Assembly (NCBI RefSeq): GCF_009914755.1
Contig: NC_060947.1
DNA: 64,000 bases
Direction: 5' to 3' (one strand)
DNA from: the human T2T-CHM13v2.0 reference genome, Homo sapiens
Within the stretch, counting starts at the first letter, position 1, and every line of letters begins with the position of its first letter. The notes under the pieces are model-generated. The model ran no database searches. It was not told where the DNA came from and saw nothing but the letters and a program-made list of their open reading frames with translations. Of this stretch, positions 25,500 through 43,298 are shown piece by piece. Made by a program: the position numbers and the translations under genes.

Positions 25500-25963
25500 T
25501 CAGGCACAGCTTCTTGGATAATTGTAACTTTCCCCAAGGCAGCTTGCTTTTCTCACCTTCTACACTGCCATGCCTTTTCATGTTTGGAGACGCCTTGTCT
25601 CTGGACTGATTCTAGTGACTCGCTGAGAATTAACTTCAAATTTCTGAGCTCATGCCTAGGTTCAGTCACACTTTTCGTCATCCCCTGGCACTGGTTTGTT
25701 CTCATTGCCATGAAAACCAATTGCAATATCCACTCATCACTCTCTCTTTTGCTTGCACCTGCCGGGCCTTAGTGAAACTCCATAAATACGTGTTGGCAGA
25801 ACAGTGCTAGAACTTTATCCTTAATCAGACTAATTACAGTGGATTTTTAGAATAATCAATCTGATGCCAAGCAGCCACTTCAACCAGATCTAGTTCATTT
25901 TGCTGAAAAAACCACAAAATCATTTTCAGTAATTTGGGAGAGATCTAGTACCTATAAAATCAG

Positions 25964-26309
25964 TGTATTAGTCCATTCTCATGCTGCTAATAAACACAAA
26001 CTTATAAAGGAAAGAGGTTTCATAGACTCATAGTTCCACATGACTGGGGAGGCCTCACAATTATGTTGGAAGACGAAGGAAGAACAAAGGGACTTCTTCC
26101 ACAGCAGCGGGTAAGAAAGCTTGTGCAGGTGAACTCCCTTTTATAAAACTATCAGATCTCGTGAGACTTACTCACTATCACAAGAACAGCATGGGAAAGA
26201 CCGGCCATGATTTAATTACCACCCACCAGGTCCCTCCCATGACATGTGGGAATTATGGGAGCTACAATTCAAGATGAGATTTGGGTGGGGACACAGTCAA
26301 ACCATATCA
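25964..26309 (-). mobile_element. Solo THE1 (THE1B-like) LTR with 5-bp TSD
   Basis: TGTATTAGTCC...GAGATTTGGGTGGGGACACAGTCAAACCATATCA; TSD ATCAG at 25959-25963 and 26310-26314. Confidence 0.92.
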
Positions 26310-26499
26310 ATCAGTTAATCTAACACCCTATCATAGATTATTAAAGACTGGCTAACAGGTGATTAAAATTTAGCTATTGATTGGTGCTTGCCAATAATAT
26401 TATAGGAAGAAAACCTACATGAAACACACAAAGCCACAGAGTCATGCTGTTATTATGCTGTATTTTTCCTGGCACTTGATGATAATGGAATGATAATCA

Positions 26500-27490
26500 T
26501 AATTAAAAATAATTGGTGAAATCTAAAAGCCACAATGTCTAAGTACCAATGAGTACACCTAGTGCTCAGAGTTTGGTTTGTAATACCATTATCCAATAAA
26601 AGAATCCAGGAATTTATAAAGAAATAAATGATTCTAGGACTCAGGCAGGAAATATCCAAGATGAGCCTGGAGCATAATGTAGTTACAGAAAGTAAAAATG
26701 TGCTAAAACAGACAAAAATCAAAGATAAAAAAAATGCAATGATAAGAGTATGTCAAAGGGACAGAAGAACCAACCAAAAGAGCTCCCAATGGCCAGAGTT
26801 GTATCTCTTTGAGCAACTGAATAAATAAAGCAGTATTGTATTATAACCCAAAGAATAAAAAATCATTTATGAGTTCAATATTGATATACACAAATGATTG
26901 ATTATATAAAGAAATTGGGAAGGGTAACAGATAAATCATTCCAAATAATTTATTCAGGTATCCTGATATGGTTTGGATCTGTGTGTTTAGCACCGTCCCC
27001 TCTTGGTACTGTATAGTGGGTGAGTTCTCATGAGATCTGGTTTTTTAAAAGTGTGTGCCACCTCCTCCCTCTCTCTCTCTTCCTCCCATGCTGGCCATGT
27101 GAGACACCTAGCTTCCCCTTCATCTTCTGCCATGATTGTAAGTTTCCTGAGACCTCCCAAGAAGCCAAGCAGATATTATCATGCTTCCTGTATAGCCTGC
27201 AGGACCGAGAGCCAATTAAACCTCTTTCCTTTATAAATTACCCAGTCTCAGGTTATTTATTTATAGCAATGTAAGAATGCACTAATACCATAGTCCACTC
27301 TCATGGAGGGGAGCATTAATCCACACTCCTGAAGTGTGGGCTGACATAGTGACTTTCTACCTACAGTTTGGAAAGGAGTGACAAAAGAGTAACTTCACAG
27401 TGGAGCCACCTGGCAAACACTACCTCAAACAGGTGGGCAAGATCAACATCAACAGTGATGTTATGTTGATAGTATGTACCCCTGATACGA
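26500..27490 (+). mobile_element. Old L1M (L1MC/MD-like) 3' fragment interrupted by an MST LTR (26964-27290)
   Basis: GGCAGGAAATATCCAAGATGAGCCTGGAGCAT and CCTGGCAAACACTACCTC L1M motifs; the insert runs TGATATGGTTTGG...ACTAATAC. Confidence 0.7.
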
Positions 27491-27827
27491 TGTATGGTGA
27501 CTGTCTTACTGTCTTCAGAATTCTTGTTAACCCAGTGCTGTCCTTAAGATAAAGCTTATGAAAAATTACAGTTTTAAAATATTAAAGTGGAATAATTGAT
27601 GACATGAGCTTTGCAGACATAATATGGGAGGTGGCAATGGTATACAGATTTTTTTCAAAGAAAGTCAACTTTATTTTTCCACAACAACATGAAACTAGGA
27701 ATTATGACATAGGCCATGTACGGATGCTGTAAATGAAGTGTGTGTGCTGGTAGTGGGGGTGTTGGCCCATCCTCTGTTGTCTGTCTTTGAGGTGGCTGTG
27801 GGAAACCCAATTTAAAAGTATGCATTT

Positions 27828-29496
<1,669 letters not shown>

Positions 29497-29889
29497 TGTA
29501 TACCATATATTACATATTTATATATATTTATCTGTCCTCTACTGGATTAACTTGGCTTTAACCAATTCAATACTTCAATGTTTAAGGGATGCCACCTCTG
29601 TGGTTAGCATATAAAGATTGTGACTTCCATCTTGCCATCCAGCCTTCTGCCTTGCTGATTGATGATTGAAAAAAAATCACCTATTTTGTTATTATGACTG
29701 TGGAATGTCTTTTGTTCATTTTAATATTTGTGTCACCAAAAGGATCAACGTGGAATGGATATGGCATTAAAGGAGAATGTCAAATACTGCATGGGATGGC
29801 TAAGGCCTGTTCCACACATTCTGGGGTGCCCCTGTGATAATAATAGGTGCTGATAAACTTCCATGTTGAGAAAGTTCACATATCGAGAG

Positions 29890-30160
29890 ACTAATAGTGG
29901 GCCTTAGCCAGCAGTCAATGAGAAACTAAAGCCCTCAGTTCAGCAGTCTGTGAGAAGCCAAATTCTACCCACAATGATGTGAGTTCAAGATGAGTTCTTC
30001 CCCGCTGGAGTCTTCAGATGAGACCTCAGCCCTGGCTGGCACCTTGATGGCACCTTGTAAATAAACTCAATGCAGAGGATTCAACTATTTTCTAAATTCT
30101 GATCCACAGAAGGTAAGACATATGAAATGTGTATTTTTTGAAGCCACTATGTTGTAATAG
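29890..30160 (+). mobile_element. MLT1 LTR fragment
   Basis: CTTCAGATGAGACCTCAGCCCTGGCTGGCACCTTGAT...TGATCCACAGAA. Confidence 0.6.
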
Positions 30161-30658
30161 ACTACTATTATTTACATATGCATATAAATATGTATGTAGG
30201 AATAGATATGGATATAGATGACAATACACAACTTTAGCAGATAGGAAGAGTAAAAAAAATTGACTAAGTTGAACAAATATGTTAGATATTTTCCAATTTG
30301 CAGGATTGCTGCTACAACCCTTTCAGACACAGCATAGATGAATGAACCAGAGTAAAACGTCCATCATCTGCTCATAAAGCCTGCCAAAATGTATCAAATT
30401 AAGGAAGAGGAGGAATTTGACAACCAAATCTGTAGTTTCTGCATCAAGCAAAATAGATTTTCTTCACTTTGTCTGAGAATCGCTTTGCTTTCATCAACAA
30501 TCTTCATCTTTCTACAATTCATCACATCAGTACACAATTAGCAAATCCTCCTACCATCTGGGAGGCCCTGTGCTAAGCAGGGTGTGAGAATCTTAGAAAT
30601 ATTATGCCATTCCAGGTACTTCTAATTTTCTGAGCTACATATACATGGAAAGTTCTGT

Positions 30659-30881
30659 AGCAAGGTTTCTCAAGCTGAGCACAATTGATATTTGTGGCTG
30701 CAAAATTCTTTGTTGCAGAGGGATATCATGTGCATTTCAGGGTGCTGGACAGCATCCCTGGCCTCCATCCACTAGATGCTAGTATCATTCCCCCACTCAC
30801 CCACTTGTGACAATCAAAAATGTCTTCAGACATTGCTCAGTGTCTCTTGGGGGACAAAATCACTATCATTGAGAACCATTG
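30659..30881 (+). mobile_element. MER20 (hAT-Charlie)
   Basis: AGCATCCCTGGCCTCCATCCACTAGATGC...TGTGACAATCAAAAATGTCTTCAGACATTG...TTGAGAACCATTG. Confidence 0.85.
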
Positions 30882-31447
30882 CTCTAAAGCAAAACACAAA
30901 CAAACAAACCATCAAAAAAATGACAAAGAATCCCTTCTTCAATTTGCACAACCTTGAAAGCCACCCTTGGTAATTCTTCTCACCACGTTCCCACAGGCAT
31001 TTTGAATCTCTGCGATATGTCCAACTCCAGTGCCTTTCAGAATGCTTACCAGTTCTGGCACCTGTGTCATAATTGCAGTAGGCTCCCCAGTCATTTTGAC
31101 AAGCAAACACTCACTGTGTATTTGCAAATACTCTTGGTGGAGGAGAGAAGGGAGTGTTGAGGTTCCTGGCCAAGAACCACTGTGAAACCGGTAGGTGTTG
31201 GCTGATCAAATACTGCTAGTTGCTGACTAGAGTGTTTCATGTTCCTTCCACAGGAGATGCTTTCTTCTTCGTGGACTGATGCATAGTCCCCAAAACCTTC
31301 TTCAACACGGCATCAGCGCAATCTCCTTTGACCCACCCATTTCCCCCAAAATCCCTTCCTCAGAAAAATTCATCATCCCACCTCTCTACATTAAAAGCAC
31401 CTTAACCTTCTAACAGCATGTAATTGGCCTACTTGCAATGGCACACA

Positions 31448-31483
<36 letters not shown>

Positions 31484-31550
31484 GTGTGTGTGGGTTGGTG
31501 GGGGTCGCCATCCATCACACTGTGGATTCCATTTCCATATCTGTCCCTAA

Positions 31551-31888
<338 letters not shown>

Positions 31889-32579
31889 GAATTTATTTTT
31901 TAAATTGAGGTAAAATATACATATATAATTTACTGTCTTTGCCATTTTTAAGTGTACTGTTCAGTGGGAATCAATACATTTATCATCTTTTTCCCCTTCA
32001 CATATTTAACATAATATAATGTTGAATTTGCCTTCATTTTCTTCAGTTCACTTTCATTTGGTACACTGATCCAATCACTCAAAAAAATCAATAGAAACTT
32101 ACTGGGAGCAGTGGATATTACCACATCTTTCCATTTACGTTGTGTCTTTCTTGAATGTTGAGATTCTTGTCTTATGTTGACCAAGGTGAAGTCATTTGCA
32201 CATGAGATCTAATAAAAATATTAATGTCATTGGCCTTCTGGTATTAAATGAAGTAACATGCTTTTTATTAACAACAGGAAAGGATGGAAGTCCCAAATAA
32301 ACACAGTTTCCACGCACATCATCATAATTCTTAAGTTACCGGCACCAACGACTAGCAAAATTAAGCCATTCTGTTCTTAGACCCCGATGGTAAAGCGCCC
32401 TTTGATAGTAAACAGGGATAAATATCTATAATAGGAGCTCCTTGCACATCGGATATACAAGACTACAAAGGAATCTTTGTTTCAAGTTGGCCAATTCAAA
32501 GAAAATAAAAATCATTTACAGATTATATTTTTATTCAAATTGGAATTGTGTTTCATAACACTAAGAAAAAGTAATTTCT

Positions 32580-32593
32580 GTCTCCCTTCCTCC

Positions 32594-32666
<73 letters not shown>

Positions 32667-32705
32667 ATCCCACAACCCCCACCCCTCCAACCACCCTTTT
32701 CCCCC
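32580..32705. repeat. (CT)n(CA)n compound microsatellite with C-rich tail
   Basis: Direct reading. Confidence 0.9.
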
Positions 32706-33085
32706 TTGGACAGAACTGGGCAGTGACAGGCAAGGACTGTGAAATGTAGCAAATTCTTCTGCTTCCCAACAGGGACCTGTAGGCTGCCCTTTGTAAAGTT
32801 CAAGCTGTCTCACACTTTTTCTTTGAGAAGCCCTTGGTTTTGCCTGAGACCTCAGCCTGTTGGGACCCATCCTTGTGTCCAGAGTTACACAAGAGGCTTC
32901 CTCTCCCAGGAAAGCACCCTCCTGACTGGCTTCAGGCATCACCCTGGGCCACACTTCCAGCTCAAGAAGAGGAGGCAGGATGAGGAAGAAGATCCAGCGG
33001 TAGGAAATTCATGCATCAAGGGCTTCACCATCTATAATAGCAGGGCCCCAACCTGAGATTCTTCAGGACATACACAATCATTGTA

Positions 33086-33556
33086 TTTTCTTTTTTTTTA
33101 AATTTTATTTTATTATTATTATACTTAAGTTTTAGGGTACATGTGCACAACGTGCAGGTTTGTTACATATGTATACATGTGCCATGTTGGTGTGCTGCAC
33201 CCATTAACTCGTCATTTAACATTAGGTATATCTCCTAATGCTATCCCTCCCGCCTCCCCCCACCCCAAAACAGGCCCTGGTGTGTGATGTTCCCCTTCCT
33301 GTGTCCATGTGTCCTCATTGTTCAATTCCCACCTATGAGTGAGAACATGCGGTGTTTGGTTTTTTGTCCTTGCGATAGTTTGCTGAGAATGATGGTTTCC
33401 AGCTTCATCCATGTCCCTACAAAGGACACGAACTCATCTTTTTTATGGCTGCATAGTATTCCATGGTGTATATGTGCCACATTTTCTTAATCCACTCTAT
33501 CAGTGTTGGACATTTGGGTTGGTTCCAAGTCTTTGCTATTGTGAATAGTGCTGCAA
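33086..33556 (-). mobile_element. L1PA (PA4-PA7-like) 3' fragment, about 470 bp
   Basis: TATACTTAAGTTTTAGGGTACATGTGCACAACGTGCAGGTTTGTTAC...CCAAGTCTTTGCTATTGTGAATAG. Confidence 0.92.
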
Positions 33557-33629
33557 TCAACTATTTCCATGTGTGTACACAAAAGATTTCATGATTTTTA
33601 TAACCCTCTTTTAATATATCTTTATTTTA

Positions 33630-33945
<316 letters not shown>

Positions 33946-34449
33946 TAGCTGAAACCTCCAAAAAATAAAAATAAAACAAAACCACATGTCCTGGGTTTGA
34001 ATTCCCCCTGGCCATCCCCACCGGACTAGTTCCCCAGAGCTTGGGGAGAGTGATTCTGACACTTTAGAGAGCTTGCCCCTGGAGGAGTTTTCCCCTTTAA
34101 TTCTTCTGCTCTGTATGAACAGAAAACCTGAATAAAAAGTAGGCAGCAACTGACAACTCACGAGACTTTTCTCTTCCTGTGTTGGCACTTTAAATCACAG
34201 AATTAGACGGGCAAGTACTTCACTGCAATGTTACCTAGGCCTCAGACACTGGGTCTTCCTGGGGGGTCCATCAGTTTGCACCACACCTGCCTTGTCAGAG
34301 AAGCAAAGCTATCTTCCCTCCAATGGCTCATTCCTCTACCATCTGGCTTCCTTCGGGCCGCCTTTTTCTTAATTAAGGACATGCACTTTTCATTTACTGT
34401 GGAGGTCAAACACCCTGCATTGGTTTAGAAGCTAAATTACCCTGGTTGA

Positions 34450-34888
<439 letters not shown>

Positions 34889-35726
34889 TAGGTATTTTAA
34901 GCCCACTTACTATTTTGCTAAAATGAAAAAATTAAGGACAGAAAGAAAGCAGAAAAAAGCAAGAGTAAAAAGATAAAGAAGAGAGAGACAGATACACACA
35001 TAAACACACACAGAGAGAGAGAGAGAGGGAGAAAGAGAGCAAACTATTAATACAAAGATAAATATTTTCATCTGGTCTATGTAAGATTGAGTCTATAAAC
35101 AGTATTTAAGATGTTCTCATCTACTCAAATGAAACTGACCAAACCGGAAGGGGAAGAGTGATTCACTTATAATCAGTGAATGGGGTTGAGTTTTCCACAT
35201 GCAACCTCTTCCTGAATATTTTCAACAAGTGCGAGAAGATGGTCTTTGATCTCTCCATAACACAGATGAGAAAAGTGACAGTTAGAGAGTCTGTTAAGCA
35301 TGTCTTGACCTATGTAGATCATAATGCTATGGGTAGGACTTTGAAGATTTTTTTTCTATCCAGAAGCAGAAACAGCAGAAGACATGAGCAAAATACTGAA
35401 GAAGAGTTTCAAGGAATATGGCTTAGCTAACAAGGAATGAGAAATGACAACAGCAAATGGTGTTGTTAAACTATTAGACTTTCCTTCTTGACAGGGTGAT
35501 GTCACCCTCTAGAGAGTGAAAGATGGTCCTTGAGGAGCAAAAAAACTACTCTTTTTATATATAAAGATATACATAGAGTATGCAAGCAAATGCACGATAT
35601 GTCTGCTGTGTGAAAATCATACAGTTGGCGCAAATTTTAAAAATACATCTAAATTGTCTCCCTGGGGGTGGTGGTGGGGATAATGAACAATAGGCTGATA
35701 AATATTTCTATAAGGCACTGAATCTA

Positions 35727-36181
<455 letters not shown>

Positions 36182-36489
36182 TAAAGGCATAAGGCATGGT
36201 CCTCAGAAAATGTTTATTTATATTGTGAGGAAAATATTCTACATGAAGTATGGTGGTAAATATTAACAAGTGGGTATCTGGCAGAGGCGGAAGCTTTCAT
36301 TGGTAGCACTTACTGATTTCCAAAGTGTATGTACTTGGATTCTGTCCAATTTCATATACCAAAGTGAAATCCCAGAGCATGGACATACAAAGAGATGTAC
36401 ATTAGTATAGGATTTTATAGGGTTTCCACAATGAAGATGTAATAGACTTAAATAACCTCAAGAATATAGATAACTTTAAAATGAAGTAC

Positions 36490-36670
36490 AATAATTAGTC
36501 AATGAGGAGTTTTGAGCATTTAGCACCTTTTAAAATAATGTATCTAATTTTAAGATTGTATAATTAAATTTTTAATGGAGACTGTGTTTAATAATGGCAT
36601 TTTTTAAAATTCTGAAATACGAGAGATTAACTCTAATGAGCCAGTGCAAAATGGGTCTAGGAGACCACTG
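36490..36670. mobile_element. MER63-like hAT fragment
   Basis: GAGTTTTGAGCATTTA...TTTTAAGATTGTATAATT...GACTGTGTTTAATAA resembles the MER63 3' half. Confidence 0.5.
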
Positions 36671-37158
36671 CAACTATTAGGGAGAACTGGAAGATGCAAT
36701 GTGAATAAGTCTTGGGTTACATAGGATGCCTTCCAAGAATTAAAAAATTGATTAATTGATGTCCAATTAATAAAACAGTGAAACATAGTGTATAGTCATA
36801 GTCTACATCTATATATCTACCTGTTAGTTGACTCTAGTTCAGCTTTCCCATTTCAGAGTTTGTTGGGTTTTGATGGCTCTTCATGAACTCGGCTTGTCCC
36901 AGTTGGCTTTATTGTAATTTTATGTAAAATAATTAAATGATTCTGACAAGCCTGGTGAAAATCCTTTCAACCTGATCACTTTGTGCTTTGAGCATGGATG
37001 GAGCCAGACCTTTTCAAAGGACCCATGCTTTTTGGAAACTGTGGTTTTTATGGACCGATCTTGAGTTTTAATATTTGGAAGCTTAATAACTATCCAAAAA
37101 TTTACCTACCCCCATAAAACCTACCATGTGAAAATACAAATTTAGACTAAGACCTGAC

Positions 37159-37522
37159 AAGCAATCACAACAGAGACAAAAATTGAGAAATGACACTTAG
37201 TTTAACTAAAGAGTTTCTGCACAGCAAAGAAAACTATCAGCAGAGTAAATAGACAACCTACAGAACGAGATAAAATATTTGCAAACTATGCATCCAGTGA
37301 AGGTCTAATATCTGGAATCTATAAAGAACATAAGCAATTTGACAAGAAAAGAACAAACAACCCATTAAAAAGCGGACCAAGGACATGAATAGACAGTTCT
37401 CAAAAGAAGACATACATGCAGCCAAGAAACATGAACAAATACTCCACGTCGTGGGTCATCAGAGAAGTGCAAATTAAAATCACAATAAGATACCATCTCA
37501 CCTAAGTCAGAATGGCTATTAT
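37159..37522 (+). mobile_element. L1 ORF2 3'-region fragment (L1PA/PB-like), non-coding
   Basis: AACTAAAGAGTTTCTGCACAGCAAAG...ACAACCTACAGAA...GATACCATCTCAC...GTCAGAATGGCTATTATT. Confidence 0.88.
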
Positions 37523-38955
37523 TTGAAATGTAGTTTTAAAAAGTGCAGATTTGGTTATAATGCTATTGGAGATTGGTTCCTGTCCTCAGCTGAGGCCCCT
37601 TTTCTCCAAAGGAGGTGTGGTCAACTTATTAGGAGCTGGGGATGGGAGTAAGCGGGACATGGGCCTAAAAGAAACTGAGCTATTAAGTGTGGGGCTTTAC
37701 TAATATGTTTAAGAGACAGGTATTAAAGTTAGTTTCAAAAGATTAGGTAATATCTTCCCATAATTTATAGATTTTACTTATTTGTTTTACCAGTGATATT
37801 TAAATATTTTATAACAACATGATTAAGGAATTTTATATTTCAACAAAATGCACAGTAAACAAAATGGACACAGTAATTGTGACAGCTTCCTCGTTATTAA
37901 AGATGACAGCAACAGCCCTTGCCCCTAGTTCTTCAGTGGAAGATTTAGAGAGACTTGATCTTACAGTACAGTTGGGAATGAATCAGGCACAATTACAGTA
38001 GACATTCTCACTCAACCTGAGTCATCAAGACAGTCTTCTGTACCTGTCAATCTAAATCAAGGATTGGCAAACTTATTTTTTTATCACAAGTCAATGTCAT
38101 ATTAACTATAGTGAAGGATATAATTAAAAGCACTTTTTTTCTGTGAACATGATAGAAGTTTGTTTTGTTGAGACAGAGGAATATAAACATGTACCTCACC
38201 CTTTAAAGGTATTAACGATGGTGACACAAAATTTCAGTTGTTTTTAGTGAAACCTTTTATAACATTTAGTTCTTATAATATCTTCTGCTTTCTCTTATTG
38301 AAGTAGACATTTCAGTAAAAGTAATATAGTGATTGAATTTGAACATTTGCAATGGATGAATATTTTATTTTATGAGAAAAAAAAGACAGGCAGGAAACAA
38401 TTTATGAAGTTAACTATAGGAATGTGCTAAATTTGATTTCTTGCATTCAGTTGTCTGGGGAGTTCACAGGCAGCTTTCACCAAGAATACTAAGGCTATTA
38501 TGCAGATTGAAAAGCCCTACTCCTACATGGTCATTCATATTTACTTTCACAGAGTGACAGTAGAAATGTTCTGTTGGTCAAGTTTGATGTTTAAAAACAT
38601 TTATGAAGATTATGTTACATTTTTAAAAAGGCCATGCAAAACTTTTGGTATTTCAGCTGGGGATATCTCCAGAAAAGGAAATAACTGATATGAAAGACCT
38701 TTCTGCTGGTTCTAATGGCAAGCTTATTATTTCTTTAAATGTGTTCTCTTTTAACTGTGATTCATGGGGCATAGCTAACAATTTTTACTGGGGATGAAAA
38801 TCAGATAACTACGGTGAAGAGACTATGAGGAAAAAAAATGTGATGGAAAATACTTTGGCTAGGTTTCTGCAACACTGTAGAATCTCATCAATTTATATGT
38901 TTGGCTTGTAATAAAGTCAAGAAACTTTTGGTGGCAAATTGCTTGCATTAGGAAT

Positions 38956-39240
38956 GGCTGGGCATGGTGACTCACATCTCTAATCCCAGTACTTTGGGAG
39001 GCCAAGGCAGGAGGATCACGTAAGGCCAGGAGTTTGAGACCAGTTTAGGCAACACAGTGAGACCCCATCTCTACAAAATAAAGAAAAAAATTAGCTGGAC
39101 ATGGTGCTGTGTGCCTGTACTCCTGCTGAGGCAGGAGGATCACATGAGCCCAAGAGTTTGAGGCTGCAGTGAGCCATGGTCTCACCACTGTACTCCAGCC
39201 TCAGCAACAGAGAGAGACTCTCTCTTAAAAAAAAAAAAAA
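38956..39240 (+). mobile_element. AluJ with internal deletion
   Basis: GGCTGGGCATGGTGACTCAC...GAGGCTGCAGTGAGCCATG...poly(A). Confidence 0.88.
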
Positions 39241-41012
39241 TAGGTAGCTAATCTGCAGTGTCTGTGTTTTCTCAGGGTGTGAGCAATCATTATTTAATTG
39301 CACTTCATGAGGAGAACTCCATTTCCCCTACTTGCAAAACATTTGGGCCCAGCACCAAGTTGAAATACTGAGGTCTTCATGGATGTCGTAAGATTGGCTT
39401 CTTCTTTGCAGGTTTCACTTGTGATTGACCTTGAGATTGAGAAGTGCCCTCAAATGTATGTGGGGAAGTTTTAGTCGTTAACTAGATTTTTCCATTCTGC
39501 TTTGGTTGTTACCGCTTGGGTGGAATTGGTTGTATCTGCCCTGAATCTAATCTGAGTCTTACCTATTTTAAGGGAGTGTCAATCAAGGCCCCAGAGAGAA
39601 TTCAACCAAAAAAAATGGTATCGAGAAACCCAAATAGCCACAATGAATCCACTTCACTTTAATGCTTGGGAAACTGATGAGGGTTTGCCAGGTTGCCCTT
39701 TTAATTTCCATAGGAGCTTCTTCTAAGATAAGCAAATATATAACAATATTCTCATTTGGAAGAGTGTCTTCCCTTGGGATTTGGATTTGAAAAATGAGAT
39801 AAAAGGACAAATTACCTCTCATATTCTCATGTCATACAAAGAAGATTTTCTTACTAAACCATGTGTTGAAATACTCAATAGCAATGCTCAAAAAAAATCC
39901 ATATACAGATGAAAGAAACATAGTCATGAAAGATACTGCGGATTTACCTGACGTGACCTAAAACTAAGACAGAAAATTGGTTGCTTCTGTTTCTGGGTAT
40001 GTCAGACAAAACACAATGTCCAAGTTAGTGGAGGAGGTTCAAGTTGTTGTTGCTGTTTTTTAGAAGTGGATCGGCTCTCTTAATAGGTCTGCAGTCATCT
40101 GAATGGAAAGTACACTCAATTTGTTTTGGTAGACCTTGAAATTGAACAACCAATTTGGTCTAGCCATTAAATCAGCCTCAATTTGGGCTGGGCATGAAGA
40201 CAAACTTCAACCAGTTTGAATGATTTTTTTGTGTTGTTTTTTGTTTTTTAAACGTTCCAACTCTCTGTTTGGCACTATTTTTAAAAAAATTTGATTTCGT
40301 GACTACTGAGAGAAGAAAGCAAGCACACCACGGCTTTTTCTAGGAAACTGAAACATGAAAAATTCCGTAAAGAATTCAATTTAAAAATTCTGATCTCCAC
40401 TTGGACCTAATGGGATCTTCCAGCCTGGGAAAGCATTCCTTCCTCACATTTTATTCTTAAATAAATCTCAAGCTGAGAGTATACGGAACTTTTTCTGTAG
40501 GTTCTCTGGGCCTTAAACAATGAAGTCATTTATTTAAACTAATTATTTTCATTAAGCAGGGTAGGAATACTGTGTGCTTAGTTGCTGCATTTATTATTTA
40601 TTAAGCACTGAGACTTAATTATACCCTGTACTGAACACCAAGAAATGCGTTGTCTGTCTCAGTTTCATTCTGCAGACAAAACAGACAATATGAGAAATTG
40701 AACACCCTAAAAACTCTTCATTCTTCCTCAAGCATTTCATTTAACACAATTAACATACCTGTTATTTATAGGCGGGTTTGCTCGGTGCCATAAATTCCAA
40801 GTAAAGGGTCTATGTCACCATAGTTGTTCAAGGCAGTGGAGTTAGAGATTGTGTGTCAAAAATATTTTTTAAAGTTGACTGGGGAGTTGGGTGATTTTTT
40901 TTCACCAAAACATAAAACTTAAGTGAAAAAAATAAATAAAAGTGAACATAAAAATATTTAAACATTTTAAAGCACTAAAACAAAAGCAACATAGATTTGG
41001 AATCATAAAATT

Positions 41013-41303
41013 GTTTTTTTGAGCAGGGTCTCACTCTGTCATCCAGGTTGGAGTGCCATGGCATGATCTCAACACACCGCAACCTCCAACCCCTGGCCTC
41101 AAGCTATCCTCCCACCTCAGCCTCCCACGTTGCTGGGACCATAGGCATGTGCCACCACTCCCAATTATTTCTTTGTGTTTTTTGTAGAGATGGAGTTTCA
41201 CCATGTTGCCCAGGCTTGACTCAAATTCCTGGCCTCAAGTGATCTGTCCACCTCAGCCTCCCAAAGTGCTGGGATTACAGGTGTGAGCTACCATTCTTGG
41301 CCT
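41013..41303 (-). mobile_element. AluJ with TSD
   Basis: Flanks GGAATCATAAAATT and GGAATAATAAAATT. Confidence 0.88.
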
Positions 41304-41997
41304 GGAATAATAAAATTTTAAAGTGAATTTTAAAGTGAAGTGGAATCTTACTTCAATTCTCTGCCTGTTGAAGAGATTTGGAGTCATAAAACTTTTAAGT
41401 CAACAGTTGCACTGCAATCTTACCTAAACTCTCTTCCTGCTGATCTGTAGCAGGAGGATGCAGACAAATTGTTTCAGAGGCTAAGGATGGAGAGTGCAGG
41501 AGAACCTTGCAAAGCAAACCTGGTTCGTTCAAATGAACAGCTCTTCATTGATCACAATCAACCTTTGAAGTGAGGAGGTAGTGCTGATCCAAGCACTACA
41601 GCATGATTTTCACCTTGGGGAGAATCCCATGATCATGACTAACCTGTGGCCAGAGAGTCATTTCGTACTGTTTCTGCTGATTATTCATACAAAGACGGAA
41701 TAAGAGAGAACAAGTCTGGTCAAAATTAATTGCTTTTTCTGGAGGTGTTTGTTGCAATGTGTGCAGGTAATAGGTTTCCTCCTTTGAGGCCCAAAGAATC
41801 AAATCCTAGCCACATAAACTCTTCGCTATGATCCTCATTGATAGGAAACAACATGGAGTGCAGTCTCTCTCTACATTCCTTTGTATAGCCTGCTCAGAAA
41901 TCCACAGGATTTAGTAGTCAGGCATTTCTTCCAGAAGTTCCACAACAGGTACACCTGAGTTAGGCCTGAAATCAAGGTTTTCTGATTCTAAGCCTAA

Positions 41998-42845
<848 letters not shown>

Positions 42846-42994
42846 CTAAGCCCAATTTCTGTTCAACAGATGTCTCTTTGGGTGTAGTAAAACTCTTTAA
42901 ATATGTTACTTAAAGAAATCTGACTACTGCAATTTTTGTCTAGTGGGTTAGTGTTTAAGAATCATAGCCAAAAAGATTCTTATCCTTAATGGTA

Positions 42995-43298
42995 GGACTT
43001 TGAAAACTATGGTGCCTGGACCAAATCCACCCCAAACCTGTATTTGTATGGACTGCAAGCTATGAATGGAGTTTACATTTTACATGTTGAAAGCAAATAA
43101 GAGAACTTTCTTGGCACATGAATAGTATATAAAATTTACATTCCATTAAAACACAGTCATGCCCAATCCTTCACGTAGTATCTGTGACCGTTGTCACGCT
43201 ATAGTGGCAGAATTGAGTAGTTGCAACAGAGATGGTTGTCTTTCCTGCAAAGCCTATGCTCTATCCAGGCCTTTATGGAAAATGTTTGCAAACTCCTG
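42995..43298 (+). mobile_element. MER58B-like hAT
   Basis: GGCAGAATTGAGTAGTTGCAACAGAG...GGCCTTTATGGAAAATGTTTGCAAACTCCTG. Confidence 0.7.
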
